Assembly: GCA_964412225.1 (NCBI GenBank)
Contig: CAYPNB010000003.1
Location: 58,971 to 122,970, forward strand
Length of the DNA stretch: 64,000 nt
Origin: an uncultured bacterium
Lineage (GTDB): Bacteria > Hydrothermota > Tepidihabitantia > Tepidihabitantales > Tepidihabitantaceae
Direction of reading: 5' to 3'
Part shown: piece after piece, positions 37,307-47,206 of the stretch
How the letters are laid out: each line of letters starts with the position of its first letter
Numbering within the stretch: position 1 is the stretch's first letter
Translations under genes and position numbers: made by a program
The notes under the pieces: generated by a model
The model's database searches: none
What the model was told of the DNA's origin: nothing
The model's input: only the letters and a program-made list of their open reading frames with translations

Positions 37307-37966
37307 ATGACTTTTGTACTAGCATTTGTTTTTCTATTTAACTCGTTATCTGCCAAGTCTGACACAGCACGTCCAGCAAATGATTACGGCTTAAAACTGC
37401 TTGCCTCAGCAGTTCTGCCGGGTTCCGGGCAGATGTTATCCGGTGTCCGAGGTAAGGGAGAGGCAATGATGTGGCTTGATGGAACTTTCTGGTTGTGCTG
37501 GGCAGGGCTTTCTTGGTATCGTTCCAATAAAGAACAGGATGCCAAACTTGTCGCCAAGGAGTTTGCCCACGCGAACACGAGCATCGCTGACCCCAAATAT
37601 TATCGCGCGCTGGAACGTTACCGCAGTTCTGAAGAGTTTAATGAAGACGTACGCCGGGAAGCAAGAGAAATCTATCCTGATGACCCTGATGCCCAGCGCC
37701 GTTATTATGAAAGCCGCGCTTACTTCGGGGAAGCTGCTTGGCGCTGGAGTTCGGATTCAATAAGAATTTATTCGTACTGGCAAACCAGAAAGACGGTTCG
37801 ATCGATAGGAATGACCGCCAGTTTTCTTTCCGCCGCTTTAGTGTTGAACCGATTAATCAGTTTTGTTGACTATTTAGTTTTTGCCCCCGATGCTAAATTT
37901 CTGGGAAGAATTGAATGCAAACCGGCACAAAATTTAACAGGATTAGAGTTGCGTTATCGTTTGTGA
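37307..37966 (+). CDS. Hypothetical envelope protein (DUF5683-like)
   Basis: Signal peptide, SAVLPGSGQ motif; SD AAGGAGAGG. Confidence 0.65.
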   Translation: MTFVLAFVFLFNSLSAKSDTARPANDYGLKLLASAVLPGSGQMLSGVRGKGEAMMWLDGTFWLCWAGLSWYRSNKEQDAKLVAKEFAHANTSIADPKYYRALERYRSSEEFNEDVRREAREIYPDDPDAQRRYYESRAYFGEAAWRWSSDSIRIYSYWQTRKTVRSIGMTASFLSAALVLNRLISFVDYLVFAPDAKFLGRIECKPAQNLTGLELRYRL

Positions 37967-37984
37967 AATCAAGCAGTTAAATCA

Positions 37985-39586
37985 ATGGAAGAAGTTAATG
38001 TCGATTACCTTGTAGTTGGGTCGGGCATTGCTGGACTCTGGTTTTCCTGGAAGATAGCGAATACCGGAAGGGTTCTTATCGTAACAAAAAAGGACAGTTT
38101 AGAATCCAACACCAATTACGCACAAGGAGGCATTGCTGCTGCCGTAGCAGCGGATGACAATCCCCGGCTGCATTACGAAGACACCATCCGGGTTGGTGCC
38201 GGTCTTGCCCATCCGGACATCGTTAAAATTGTTACTGAAGCAGCCCCCCGCCTGGTAAGAGAACTGTGGTCATTAGGGGTAAAATTTTCCGCTACGTTAG
38301 GCGTAAAAGGGGAGCCCTGTTTTGATCTGGGGCGAGAAGGGGGACATCGTCGCCGGAGAATAGTCCACGCTCAAGATGCCACCGGTGCGGAAATTGAACA
38401 GAGGCTTTTGCAAGCGGTGCTTTCCCTTGCTGAAGTTGCCATCTGGGAAGAGCACTTTACCATTGATATCGTCATTAATGATAAAGGTGAATGTTGTGGG
38501 GTAACAGTTTTGGACAAAAATACCGGCCAAATTAAGCACATCCGGGCACGGGCGGTATTTCTGGCTACCGGCGGCGTCGGGCAGGTGTATCGTCATACGA
38601 CCAATCCCGCGATTGCCACCGGTGATGGAATTGCGATGGCTTATCGCGCTGGAGCAAAAATTGCCAATATGGAGTTCATTCAGTTTCATCCTACTACTCT
38701 TTTCGATCACCGTATTGATGACCGGGTATTTCTGATCTCAGAAGCGGTCCGGGGAGAAGGGGCGGTTTTACGAACTAAAGACGGCAAAGAATTCATGTCT
38801 GCCTATCATCCCGATGGTTCTCTTGCACCGAGAGATATCGTCGCCCGGGCAATTGCCGCAGAACTCTCGCGACTGAATGACGAATTTGTACTGCTGGACT
38901 GTACCCGGATACCCGCTCAGCGTTTAATTCAAAGATTTCCCAATATTTATGAGACATGTCTGCGGTTTGGAATAGACATAACCAGACAACCGATTCCTGT
39001 TGTTCCAGCCGCTCATTATGTGTGCGGTGGTATATTGATAAATTCCTGGGGGCAGACTTCAATTAAACGGCTCTACGCTGGCGGAGAATGTGCCTGTAGC
39101 GGCCTCCACGGTGCCAACCGGCTGGCGTCTAATTCTCTACTTGAAGCACTGGCGTTTGCCGAACGGGCAGCAATTCGGGTAAAAGAGGAGGCGGATATTC
39201 CTCGTTTTCTTTCTGCGTTGCCCGAAGATGATAAAAATTCGCGTAGCAAAGATACTGGCGCAGACGATAACCTGATTTCTCACCTCGGAAACAGATTGCG
39301 CGAATTAATGTGGCGGTATGCCGGAATTGTGCGGAGCGACGACGGCCTAAATCAGGTAAATGTAGAAATCAATAAAATCATTAACCAAGCACAAAATTTT
39401 ATAACCCGAACCAACTCGGTTGCCAAGATAGAATTAAGGAACCTTCTTATTGTGGCTAAACTGATTGTTGAATCTGCCCGACGACGCCCTGAATCGCGCG
39501 GGTTACATTACAACATAGATCACCCCCTGCCCGACGAGCGGTTTGAAAAGGATACCGTAGTTAGCAGAAACGAAATTAAATTATAA
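37985..39586 (+). CDS. nadB: L-aspartate oxidase
   Basis: VGSGIAG, NTNYAQGGIA, EGGHRRRRIVH, QFHPT, PAAHYVCGG, GLHGANRLASNSLLE. Confidence 0.96.
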   Translation: MEEVNVDYLVVGSGIAGLWFSWKIANTGRVLIVTKKDSLESNTNYAQGGIAAAVAADDNPRLHYEDTIRVGAGLAHPDIVKIVTEAAPRLVRELWSLGVKFSATLGVKGEPCFDLGREGGHRRRRIVHAQDATGAEIEQRLLQAVLSLAEVAIWEEHFTIDIVINDKGECCGVTVLDKNTGQIKHIRARAVFLATGGVGQVYRHTTNPAIATGDGIAMAYRAGAKIANMEFIQFHPTTLFDHRIDDRVFLISEAVRGEGAVLRTKDGKEFMSAYHPDGSLAPRDIVARAIAAELSRLNDEFVLLDCTRIPAQRLIQRFPNIYETCLRFGIDITRQPIPVVPAAHYVCGGILINSWGQTSIKRLYAGGECACSGLHGANRLASNSLLEALAFAERAAIRVKEEADIPRFLSALPEDDKNSRSKDTGADDNLISHLGNRLRELMWRYAGIVRSDDGLNQVNVEINKIINQAQNFITRTNSVAKIELRNLLIVAKLIVESARRRPESRGLHYNIDHPLPDERFEKDTVVSRNEIKL

Positions 39587-40552
39587 ATGGGCGGACAGTG
39601 GAGGGAGTATCCGGCAAAAAACGACACCTCCCTTGTCTTGGAACGATTTGCCCATTATTTACTGGTAGAGCGAGGGTTGTCTCAAATCTCTGTTGATTGT
39701 TATATCGCTGATGTTAAACAGTTTTTACAGCACCAGAAAGATTCTTTTTCTTGTCGTAGCAAACACTGTGTGAATTTTGACGGAGTGTTGCAGCAAAAAG
39801 TTGCCCCTGAAGACGTGCGGGAATTCATTCGCTGGCTTACTGATTTGGGTCTGTCCAGCACAACTACAGCCCGAAAGTTAATTTCGCTTCGGTCTTTTTT
39901 CAATTTCCTAGAACAGGAGTTTGGCATTGCCCCAAATCCACTTGATGACATAAAACTTCCCAAAAGACCACGCCGGCTTCCCGAAACACTAAGTCAATCA
40001 GAGATTGAGCAGTTAATTGCCGCCACTACCAAAGTACCCGACCGATTTTGGGCATTGCGGGCAAAAGCGATGATTGAAATTGGGTACGGCGCGGGGTTAA
40101 GGGTTTCAGAACTCCTCAATCTTAAATTCGGTGACGTGGATTTGGGAGAACGATTTGTTCGGGTTACCGGGAAGCGTCTAAAAGAACGAGTGGTACCAAT
40201 TGGTGAACCCGCGGTTCGGGCAATAAAAGACTATCTAACGGTCGCCCGGCAGCATTATGTTAAAAAGGAGGGGGGGGCTTATCTCTTTCTTAATGCCCGC
40301 GGTAGACGGTTAACAAGAATGGGCTTCTGGAAAATTCTGCGGCGCTGTGTAACCATTGCCGGAATTACCCGCCGGGTCACCCCCCACACTCTGCGTCACT
40401 CTTTTGCGACTCATCTTTTAGAAGGGGGAGCGGATTTGCGGGCGGTGCAGGAAATGCTGGGACACAGTGATATTAGCACTACGCAGATATACACTCACAT
40501 TGATAGAAGTTACCTGCGCGATGTTTACCGGACATTTCATCCGCGCGCGTAG
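39587..40552 (+). CDS. xerD: Site-specific tyrosine recombinase XerD
   Basis: GLRVSEL, TPHTLRHSFATHLLEGGADLRAVQEMLGH, TTQIYTH. Confidence 0.92.
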   Translation: MGGQWREYPAKNDTSLVLERFAHYLLVERGLSQISVDCYIADVKQFLQHQKDSFSCRSKHCVNFDGVLQQKVAPEDVREFIRWLTDLGLSSTTTARKLISLRSFFNFLEQEFGIAPNPLDDIKLPKRPRRLPETLSQSEIEQLIAATTKVPDRFWALRAKAMIEIGYGAGLRVSELLNLKFGDVDLGERFVRVTGKRLKERVVPIGEPAVRAIKDYLTVARQHYVKKEGGAYLFLNARGRRLTRMGFWKILRRCVTIAGITRRVTPHTLRHSFATHLLEGGADLRAVQEMLGHSDISTTQIYTHIDRSYLRDVYRTFHPRA

Positions 40553-40562
40553 GTTTATATCT

Positions 40563-41561
40563 TTATATCACAAGGACACCGAAGGTTCCCCGTACGGCTT
40601 TCCCGATAATCCTGGCATTAGGAAGGGAAGCGAGGAACTTTTTGGCTTTATCCGGAGAAACAAAAATAACCATACCCATTCCCATATTAAATGTGCGGTA
40701 CATTTCTTCATCAGGAATATTGCCCAGCCGTTGGATAAGCCGGAAAATCGGTTTGGGTCGCCAAGAGGATTTTTTTATGATGCAAGAGACCTCAGCGGGC
40801 AACAACCGGCTGATGTTGTCGTAAAAGCCGCCGCCAGTTATGTGGGCAAGCGCTTTTATTTCTCTCAGAAGGGGATAAACTTGTTTAAAATAGCAACGAT
40901 GTGGCTGAAGAAGTTCTTCTCCCAGCGGACGGTTTAATTCTTTAAATCGGGAGTTAACGGTAAATCGGTTCATCTCAAAGAAGACCTTACGGGCAAGGGT
41001 ATAGCCATTAGTGTGGAGACCGGAGGAGGGAATACCGATGAGCAAATCACCGGGTTGAATGGAGTTGTGATTAACAATTCTGTCATATTCAATAACCCCG
41101 ACGATAAACCCGACCAGGTCAAACACCCCCCGATAATAAACCCCGGGCATCATCGCCGTTTCTCCACCCACAAGCGAGCATTTGACCTGCCGGCATGCCC
41201 GCACTAGTCCGCGAACGATATCAATCAACTGGCGGTTAGAAAGGTCGGTATGGGCGATGTAATCCAGGAAAAACAACGGTTTGGCACCCAGCGTTAAAAT
41301 GTCGTTTACACAGTGATTAACAATATCAATACCAATGGTATCATAGCGCTTCATCATTCGGGCAATAATCGTTTTTGTTCCAACCCCATCACAACTGGCA
41401 ACCAGAACCGGACCCGACATTTGCGGCATTTTAAACAAAGCGCCAAACAAACCGAGCTCGGAGAGTACACGAGGGGAAAAAGTTTTCTTCACCAGAGAAC
41501 CGATCGTCTTTTTTACTGTGTTCATTCGGTCAATATCTACACCGGCGGCACGATAATTCAT
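40563..41561 (-). CDS. purM: Phosphoribosylformylglycinamidine cyclo-ligase (AIR synthase)
   Basis: YRAAGVDI, DGVGTK, GGETAMMP, SSGLHTNGY, AHITGGG, TFNMGMG. Confidence 0.96.
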   Translation of the reverse strand: MNYRAAGVDIDRMNTVKKTIGSLVKKTFSPRVLSELGLFGALFKMPQMSGPVLVASCDGVGTKTIIARMMKRYDTIGIDIVNHCVNDILTLGAKPLFFLDYIAHTDLSNRQLIDIVRGLVRACRQVKCSLVGGETAMMPGVYYRGVFDLVGFIVGVIEYDRIVNHNSIQPGDLLIGIPSSGLHTNGYTLARKVFFEMNRFTVNSRFKELNRPLGEELLQPHRCYFKQVYPLLREIKALAHITGGGFYDNISRLLPAEVSCIIKKSSWRPKPIFRLIQRLGNIPDEEMYRTFNMGMGMVIFVSPDKAKKFLASLPNARIIGKAVRGTFGVLVI

Positions 41562-41567
41562 AGTAGA

Positions 41568-41595
41568 AATTTAACCAAATTGCCCTAACGGTCAA
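41568..41595 (-). promoter_or_regulatory. sigma70-type promoter (leaderless) of purM
   Basis: TTGACC-N16-TAAATT, 6 nt to ATG 41561; no SD. Confidence 0.75.
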
Positions 41596-41871
41596 GAATA
41601 TGCCTTCTCTGTTTTTTCTTTGCGGATGAAAAATTTGCCATCGGAGGCAAAATTTTTACCGCCCCCGTTCCCCACGCTCCTGCCCTTACAGCAAGAAAAA
41701 GGATATACCGGAGTGGGTCTTGGTTTTTGATACTGGCAGAAATCTGGATCGTATTGGTTACCGGAGACGATTTTGGTTCGGGGAAAAATATGACCGATTG
41801 AAAAGAAAACAAAGCCCGGCACCTTGGAACAATCGCTCAGGGGAGAGTAAAGCAAGAACTGTTTTCCTTCC

Positions 41872-41899
41872 TTGACTGGCGTTGATATTTAAATATATT
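41872..41899 (+). promoter_or_regulatory. sigma70-type promoter of the EF-G paralog
   Basis: TTGACT-N16-TATATT; leadered, with SD AGGAGG before GTG 41945. Confidence 0.78.
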
Positions 41900-41944
41900 A
41901 AAGCTCAAGCAAATGAATACTGTTATCTATTTCAGGAGGAAATT

Positions 41945-44029
41945 GTGAAGGAATATAAAGTAGAACAAATCAGAAATATCGGTTTCTTTGGGCATGGTAG
42001 TTCGGGCAAAACTTCAATTTGTGAGTCCTTGCTTTTTACAATGAAGCAAAACAGCCGACTGGGTTCGGTTGATGCCGGGACATCGCTTTTTGATTATGAC
42101 GAAGATGAAATTACCCGTAAAATTAGCATTAATCTTGCTATTGGTTACGGTGAACACCGGGGTGTGCTAATTAATATCGTGGATACCCCTGGTTATGCCG
42201 ACTTCTGGGGTAATGTAATTTCGGCAATCCGGGCAGTTGATAATGCCGTAGTGGTGATAGACGCTTCTTCCGGCATAGAAGTTGGCACCGAGATGGCGTG
42301 GCAGCGCTTAGAAGAACTACATTTACCGCGTGCGATCTTTATTAATAAACTCACCCGGGAGAATACCAATTTCTACACCACCGTCGAGGAGATCCGGAAA
42401 ACCTTCGGTTCAAAGGTGACGCCGGTATATCTTCCAATCGGAACCGAATCGGGATTAAAAGGAATGGTTGATTTGCTGAACGACCGGGCATATCTTTATG
42501 AGAATGGAAGCCGAAAGGAGATACCTGTTCCGGCGGAGATGGAAGAAAAAATAGCTGAGGGAAAGGAACGGTTAATTGAAGCGGCGGCCGAGGTTGATGA
42601 ATCGTTAATGGAAAAATTTTTGGAGGGGGGGACGATTACTCCCGAAGAAATGAGAACTGCGGTGCGAAAAGGAATCAAAGCCGGGGTAATTTATCCTTTG
42701 CTAGGGGGAGATGCTTTAACACAGGTAGGTGTTGATCTGCTCCTTGACCTGGCGGTTGACGTTTTCCCTGGTCCCACAGAGGTACTTCCACAGCGAGGAC
42801 AGAATCTTATAACAAACGAGGATGTAGAGATAACCGCTGCTCCCGAAGGAAATGTTTGCGCATTGGTTTTCAAGACTATTTCTGAGGCTCATGTAGGTGA
42901 TATGCATTATGTCCGGGTATTCCGGGGAAAACTGGAACCGGGAATGGTGGTGATTAACGGAACAAATCAACGAGAAGAGAAAATAAACCAAATTTATATT
43001 GTAAAGGGAAAAGAGAGGAGTGAGGTTGCCCGGCTAACCGCCGGAATGCTCGGGGCGTTGGTGAAACTCCGTGATACCCATACCGGCGATACCCTTGCCG
43101 ACAAAAAAGAACCCGTGCGCCTGCCTCCGATTGTGTTTCCGAAACCATCTATTTCGGTGGCGATTGTTCCTCAAAGTAAAGGAGATGAAGAACGAGTTTC
43201 TAACGGTTTAGCCCGTTTACACGAAGAAGACCCTACTTTTTCTTATGAATATAACGCCGAGTTGGGGCAACAGTTAATTAGCGGCATGGGAGAATTACAT
43301 CTTGATGTAATCATCGGGCGTCTGAAAAGACGATTTGATGTTAACGTAGAACTCGTTAAACCCAAAATTCCCTATCGGGAAACTATTACCAGAAAAACCG
43401 AGGCGCAGGGAAAACATAAAAAGCAAACCGGGGGACGCGGTCAATATGGTGACGTCTGGTTACGCATTGAACCGAAGAATAGGGGAGAAGGGTTTGAATT
43501 TGTTGATGAAATTTACGGTGGTGCAATTCCGGCGAAATATATCCCCTCGGTGGAAAAAGGCGTTGTAGAAGCAATGGAAAAGGGAGTTCTTGCCGGTTAC
43601 CGAATGACGGATATAAAAGTGACAGTATATGATGGCTCCTATCACGAAGTGGATTCCTCGGATATTGCCTTCAAAATTGCTGCCGGATTGGCATTCAAAA
43701 ACGCGTGTGAAAAAGCGGGGGTGGTCTTATTAGAACCAATAATGAACGTAGAAGTAAAAGTGCCTGACCGATATACCGGTGATGTAATGGGTGACCTTAA
43801 TGCCCGGCGAGGCAGAATAGTCGGCATGGAATCCCAAGGTGGTCTACAGATTATAAAAGCTCAGGTGCCGCTGGCAGAAATGTATAAATATTCTAATAGT
43901 TTGCGATCAATGACACAAGGACGTGGTATATTTACAATGGAATTTGACCATTACGAGGAGGTTCCCCGGGAATTGGCAACAAGGGTTGTTGAAGAGTCAA
44001 AACGGGCAAAGGAAGAAGCAAAAGAGTAG
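41945..44029 (+). CDS. fusA2: Elongation factor G paralog (EF-G2 type)
   Basis: GHGSSGKTS, DTPGY, EDPTF, GMGELHL, KKQTGGRGQYG, DGSYHEVDSS, LLEPIM; not in a str operon. Confidence 0.9.
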   Translation: MKEYKVEQIRNIGFFGHGSSGKTSICESLLFTMKQNSRLGSVDAGTSLFDYDEDEITRKISINLAIGYGEHRGVLINIVDTPGYADFWGNVISAIRAVDNAVVVIDASSGIEVGTEMAWQRLEELHLPRAIFINKLTRENTNFYTTVEEIRKTFGSKVTPVYLPIGTESGLKGMVDLLNDRAYLYENGSRKEIPVPAEMEEKIAEGKERLIEAAAEVDESLMEKFLEGGTITPEEMRTAVRKGIKAGVIYPLLGGDALTQVGVDLLLDLAVDVFPGPTEVLPQRGQNLITNEDVEITAAPEGNVCALVFKTISEAHVGDMHYVRVFRGKLEPGMVVINGTNQREEKINQIYIVKGKERSEVARLTAGMLGALVKLRDTHTGDTLADKKEPVRLPPIVFPKPSISVAIVPQSKGDEERVSNGLARLHEEDPTFSYEYNAELGQQLISGMGELHLDVIIGRLKRRFDVNVELVKPKIPYRETITRKTEAQGKHKKQTGGRGQYGDVWLRIEPKNRGEGFEFVDEIYGGAIPAKYIPSVEKGVVEAMEKGVLAGYRMTDIKVTVYDGSYHEVDSSDIAFKIAAGLAFKNACEKAGVVLLEPIMNVEVKVPDRYTGDVMGDLNARRGRIVGMESQGGLQIIKAQVPLAEMYKYSNSLRSMTQGRGIFTMEFDHYEEVPRELATRVVEESKRAKEEAKE

Positions 44030-44034
44030 AGGTC

Positions 44035-44700
44035 CTAATATATTTCGTACCAGGGGTGGCGAACACGTCGCCGGAAAATTAACCCCCAGATAACGCCACA
44101 AATAAATCCACCAATATGAACAAAATAAGCGATACCACCACCGGTGCCGGGTGCAGAAGAACATCCGTAGAGCATCTGGAAAAGAACCCAGAATCCCAGC
44201 AGAATTGAAGCGGGAATGTAAATCAATCTCATAAAAAAGAGAAAAGGAATAATGGTTAATACCCGAGCCCGAGGATAAAGAACAAAGTAAGCCCCCATTA
44301 TCCCGGAAATGGCGCCAGAAGCCCCGATGGTAGGAATTCGAGAATAGGGGGCAATGACAACCTGAAGTAAGCTGCCCGCGATTCCGGATGTAAAATAAAC
44401 TACTGGATATAAGATGTGACCAAAAGCATCTTCAACATTATCCCCGAATATCCAAAGATAAAGCATATTACCGAGGAAATGAAACCAACCACCGTGCATA
44501 AACATGGAAGTTAACAATGTCCACAGCCCTTGTCCCTGAATAATTTGGATGGGGATCATTCCGTAGCGTTGAATTTGTTCTTCAAAGCCGACCGGCGAAC
44601 GGGTGAACTGAATCACCCATACCCCAGTGCAAATAGCAATTAACCCGTAGTTCGCCAGTGGTCGACGAGAAGACTTTATGTCATCGTAGAGCGGTATCAT
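44035..44700 (-). CDS. Rhomboid family intramembrane serine protease
   Basis: FMHGGWFHFLGNM, IGASGAISG, AYFVHIGG. Confidence 0.92.
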   Translation of the reverse strand: MIPLYDDIKSSRRPLANYGLIAICTGVWVIQFTRSPVGFEEQIQRYGMIPIQIIQGQGLWTLLTSMFMHGGWFHFLGNMLYLWIFGDNVEDAFGHILYPVVYFTSGIAGSLLQVVIAPYSRIPTIGASGAISGIMGAYFVLYPRARVLTIIPFLFFMRLIYIPASILLGFWVLFQMLYGCSSAPGTGGGIAYFVHIGGFICGVIWGLIFRRRVRHPWYEIY

Positions 44701-45194
44701 TTTGTGGCTGGGACAATTAAAACCGTGACCAATGCGGCAATACTTCTACCCGAAATTGCAAAACATGTACCTTCTGTAGTTTTTGCCTTAATGCCGATTT
44801 TATCAATTTTTACTTCCAGAAGCCGAGCGATATTTTTTCTGATTAAATCGGCATAAGGGGCAATTTTCGGCCGATCACACACTAAAGTACAATCAACGTT
44901 CCCAATTTGCCAGCCCAGTTCTCTCATCTTTTTGGAAACGGCGAGAAGGAAAACAGCGCTACGGGCATTTTTATATGCGGGGTCAGTGTCTGGGAAAAGT
45001 ACCCCAATATCCGGCATTGCCAACGCACCAAGTAAAGCGTCGGTAATAGCATGAAGGAGGACATCGCCATCAGAGTGCCCTTTTAACCCTTTTTGACAAG
45101 GAATGAAGACCCCACCTAAAAAAAGTGGGCGTCCTTTCTTTAATAAATGGGCGTCAAACCCAATACCGGCACGATAAGATTTTTTATTGCGCAA
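44697..45194 (-). CDS. ispF: 2-C-methyl-D-erythritol 2,4-cyclodiphosphate synthase
   Basis: GIGFDAH, GHSDGDVLLHAITDALLGA, DIGVLFP, KAKTTE. TTG 45194 is the only start downstream of the promoter. Confidence 0.93.
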   Translation of the reverse strand: MRNKKSYRAGIGFDAHLLKKGRPLFLGGVFIPCQKGLKGHSDGDVLLHAITDALLGALAMPDIGVLFPDTDPAYKNARSAVFLLAVSKKMRELGWQIGNVDCTLVCDRPKIAPYADLIRKNIARLLEVKIDKIGIKAKTTEGTCFAISGRSIAALVTVLIVPATK

Positions 45195-45201
45195 CTTAAA
45201 T

Positions 45202-45229
45202 ATTCTAAACATCATCGGAATGAAGTCAA
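45202..45229 (-). promoter_or_regulatory. sigma70-type promoter (leaderless) of ispF
   Basis: TTGACT-N16-TAGAAT, 7 nt to TTG 45194. Confidence 0.75.
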
Positions 45230-45266
45230 GTATACCGGTTTTATGTGATACTTTATGCTGTTAGAA

Positions 45267-45294
45267 TTGACATTTTCATAATAATCAATAAGAT
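45267..45294 (+). promoter_or_regulatory. sigma70-type promoter (leaderless) of thrS
   Basis: TTGACA-N16-TAAGAT, 6 nt to ATG 45301; no SD. Confidence 0.8.
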
Positions 45295-45300
45295 AAAAGT

Positions 45301-47202
45301 ATGTTAAGTGTTATTGTCAATGGAGCTCCTCGTAAAACAGCGAGAGGGGTAGATGTAGGTCAAGTGCTCTCCGACCCAGAAGCCATTGCGGCCCGGGTTA
45401 ACGGTAAGTTGGTGGATTTGTCGTTTCTCATAGAAGAAGAGGCGGTAATAGAATCGGTACACTTTGACTCCAAGGACGGAAGAGAAATTTTCTGGCATTC
45501 CGCTTCTCATTTGATGGCCCAGGCGGTAAAGCAACTTTATCCCGAAGCAAAGGTCACCATAGGCCCGGCGGTTCCGGAAGGATTTTACTATGATTTTGAC
45601 GTCCCCCAGCCATTCACCGAAAAAGACTTGCCGGCTATTGAAGAACGAATGCGGGAACTGGCCGATAAAAAAATTCCGATTGTCCATAAATTTCTTAATC
45701 GCGCGGAAGCGATTGAAATTTTTAGGCAACGAGGAGAAAATTATAAACTGGAGATACTTAAGGAAATCCCGGACGATAAAATTTCAGTATATGAACAGGG
45801 AGATTTTATTGACATCTGTCGGGGACCACACCTCCCTGACACCGGTAGAATAAAGGCGATCAAACTTTTGAGTGTAGCCGGAGCCTACTGGCGGGGAGAC
45901 GAGAGAAATCGTATGCTATCCCGGATTTACGGTGTGGCGTTTCCCGATGAAAACATGCTCAAGGTATGGCTTGAGCGCATAGAAGAAGCACGGCGCCGGG
46001 ACCACCGAAAATTGGGACCAGCCCTGGATTTGTACAGTTTTCATGAAGAAGCCGGAGCGGGTTTGGTTTTCTGGCACCCGAAAGGTGCTACAGTACGACG
46101 TCTCATCCAGTCTTATTGGGAGAAGGAACACCTTGCTGCCGGCTACCAACTTGTGGTTACTCCCCATATCGCGAGAAGTGAACTTTGGCACCGTTCTGGT
46201 CACTATGACTACTATCGAGAAAATATGTACGTTATTCCGGTAGAAAACGAAGAATTGGTTTTAAAGCCGATGAACTGTCCGGGGCATATTATGATTTATC
46301 GAACAAAGGTTCACTCTTACCGGGATTTGCCTTTACGAATGGCAGAGTGGGGAACAGTATACCGTTACGAACGTTCTGGAGTTCTTCACGGCATGATGCG
46401 GGTTCGCGGTTTCACCCAGGATGATGCTCATATATTTTGCACTCCAGAGCAAATAGAACAAGAAATTCACGACGTGGTCGCTCTGTCGTTGAAAATGCTG
46501 CGTGCATTTGGTTTTAAAGAATTTAACGTAGCTTTGTCGGTCAGAGACCCCAAACGCCCCGAACAATATCTCGGAACAAATGAGCAATGGGAACTAGCAG
46601 AAAAGGCTTTGATTAACGCCCTTGAACAACTGGAATTGAATTTCTATCGCGCTGAGGGAGAAGCGGTTTTCTATGGTCCGAAAATAGACATCAACCTTGC
46701 CGATTCACTGGGGAGAGAATTCCAATGTTCAACTTGCCAGTTTGATTTTAATCTCGCCAACAGGTTGGAAGTTTACTATATGGATAAAAACGGACGGCAT
46801 CAACCGGCGTATTTGGTCCACCGCACGGTTTTGGGAAGCATTGAACGTTTTATGGGTATTCTGGTAGAGCATTATGGTGGTGCTTTCCCAACCTGGCTTG
46901 CCCCAATTCAGGTGCGGGTGATGACTGTAACCGAAAAAGAAGCCGATTACGCTCACCAAGTAGCAAATGCTTTAACCGCGGAAAAAGTCAGAGTTGAAAT
47001 TGACCTTAATAGTGATAAAATAACATATAAAATAAGTGAAGCGGAGCGGTTAAAGATTCCTTTTATGCTGATTGTCGGTGCCCGCGAAGCGGCTGCTGGT
47101 AAAGTATCTTTGCGCCGACGTGGCAAAGGGAATCTTGGTGTGTTTCCGTTAGAAGAGGTAATAACGCAAATCAAGGAGGAAAACACTGCAGGAGCATTAT
47201 GA
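45301..47202 (+). CDS. thrS: Threonyl-tRNA synthetase
   Basis: WHSASHL, CRGPH, RDHRKLG, LKPMNCPGH, RVRGFTQDDAH, YGPKID, HRTVLGSIERF. Confidence 0.98.
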   Translation: MLSVIVNGAPRKTARGVDVGQVLSDPEAIAARVNGKLVDLSFLIEEEAVIESVHFDSKDGREIFWHSASHLMAQAVKQLYPEAKVTIGPAVPEGFYYDFDVPQPFTEKDLPAIEERMRELADKKIPIVHKFLNRAEAIEIFRQRGENYKLEILKEIPDDKISVYEQGDFIDICRGPHLPDTGRIKAIKLLSVAGAYWRGDERNRMLSRIYGVAFPDENMLKVWLERIEEARRRDHRKLGPALDLYSFHEEAGAGLVFWHPKGATVRRLIQSYWEKEHLAAGYQLVVTPHIARSELWHRSGHYDYYRENMYVIPVENEELVLKPMNCPGHIMIYRTKVHSYRDLPLRMAEWGTVYRYERSGVLHGMMRVRGFTQDDAHIFCTPEQIEQEIHDVVALSLKMLRAFGFKEFNVALSVRDPKRPEQYLGTNEQWELAEKALINALEQLELNFYRAEGEAVFYGPKIDINLADSLGREFQCSTCQFDFNLANRLEVYYMDKNGRHQPAYLVHRTVLGSIERFMGILVEHYGGAFPTWLAPIQVRVMTVTEKEADYAHQVANALTAEKVRVEIDLNSDKITYKISEAERLKIPFMLIVGAREAAAGKVSLRRRGKGNLGVFPLEEVITQIKEENTAGAL

Positions 47203-47206
47203 GAAA

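Noticed and set aside
31187-40552. Genomic island integrated at tRNA-Ser with the tyrosine recombinase as integrase
   Set aside because: The recombinase has XerD signatures and is coupled to nadB. I saw no repeat of the tRNA 3' end, and the cargo looks native.
41600-41870. Short ORFs (41585-41812, 41592-41855) and a TTTGCC/GGCAAA hairpin at 41634-41651
   Set aside because: The ORFs have no recognisable motifs and overlap promoters. The hairpin has only a 6-bp core and no obvious transcript to terminate.
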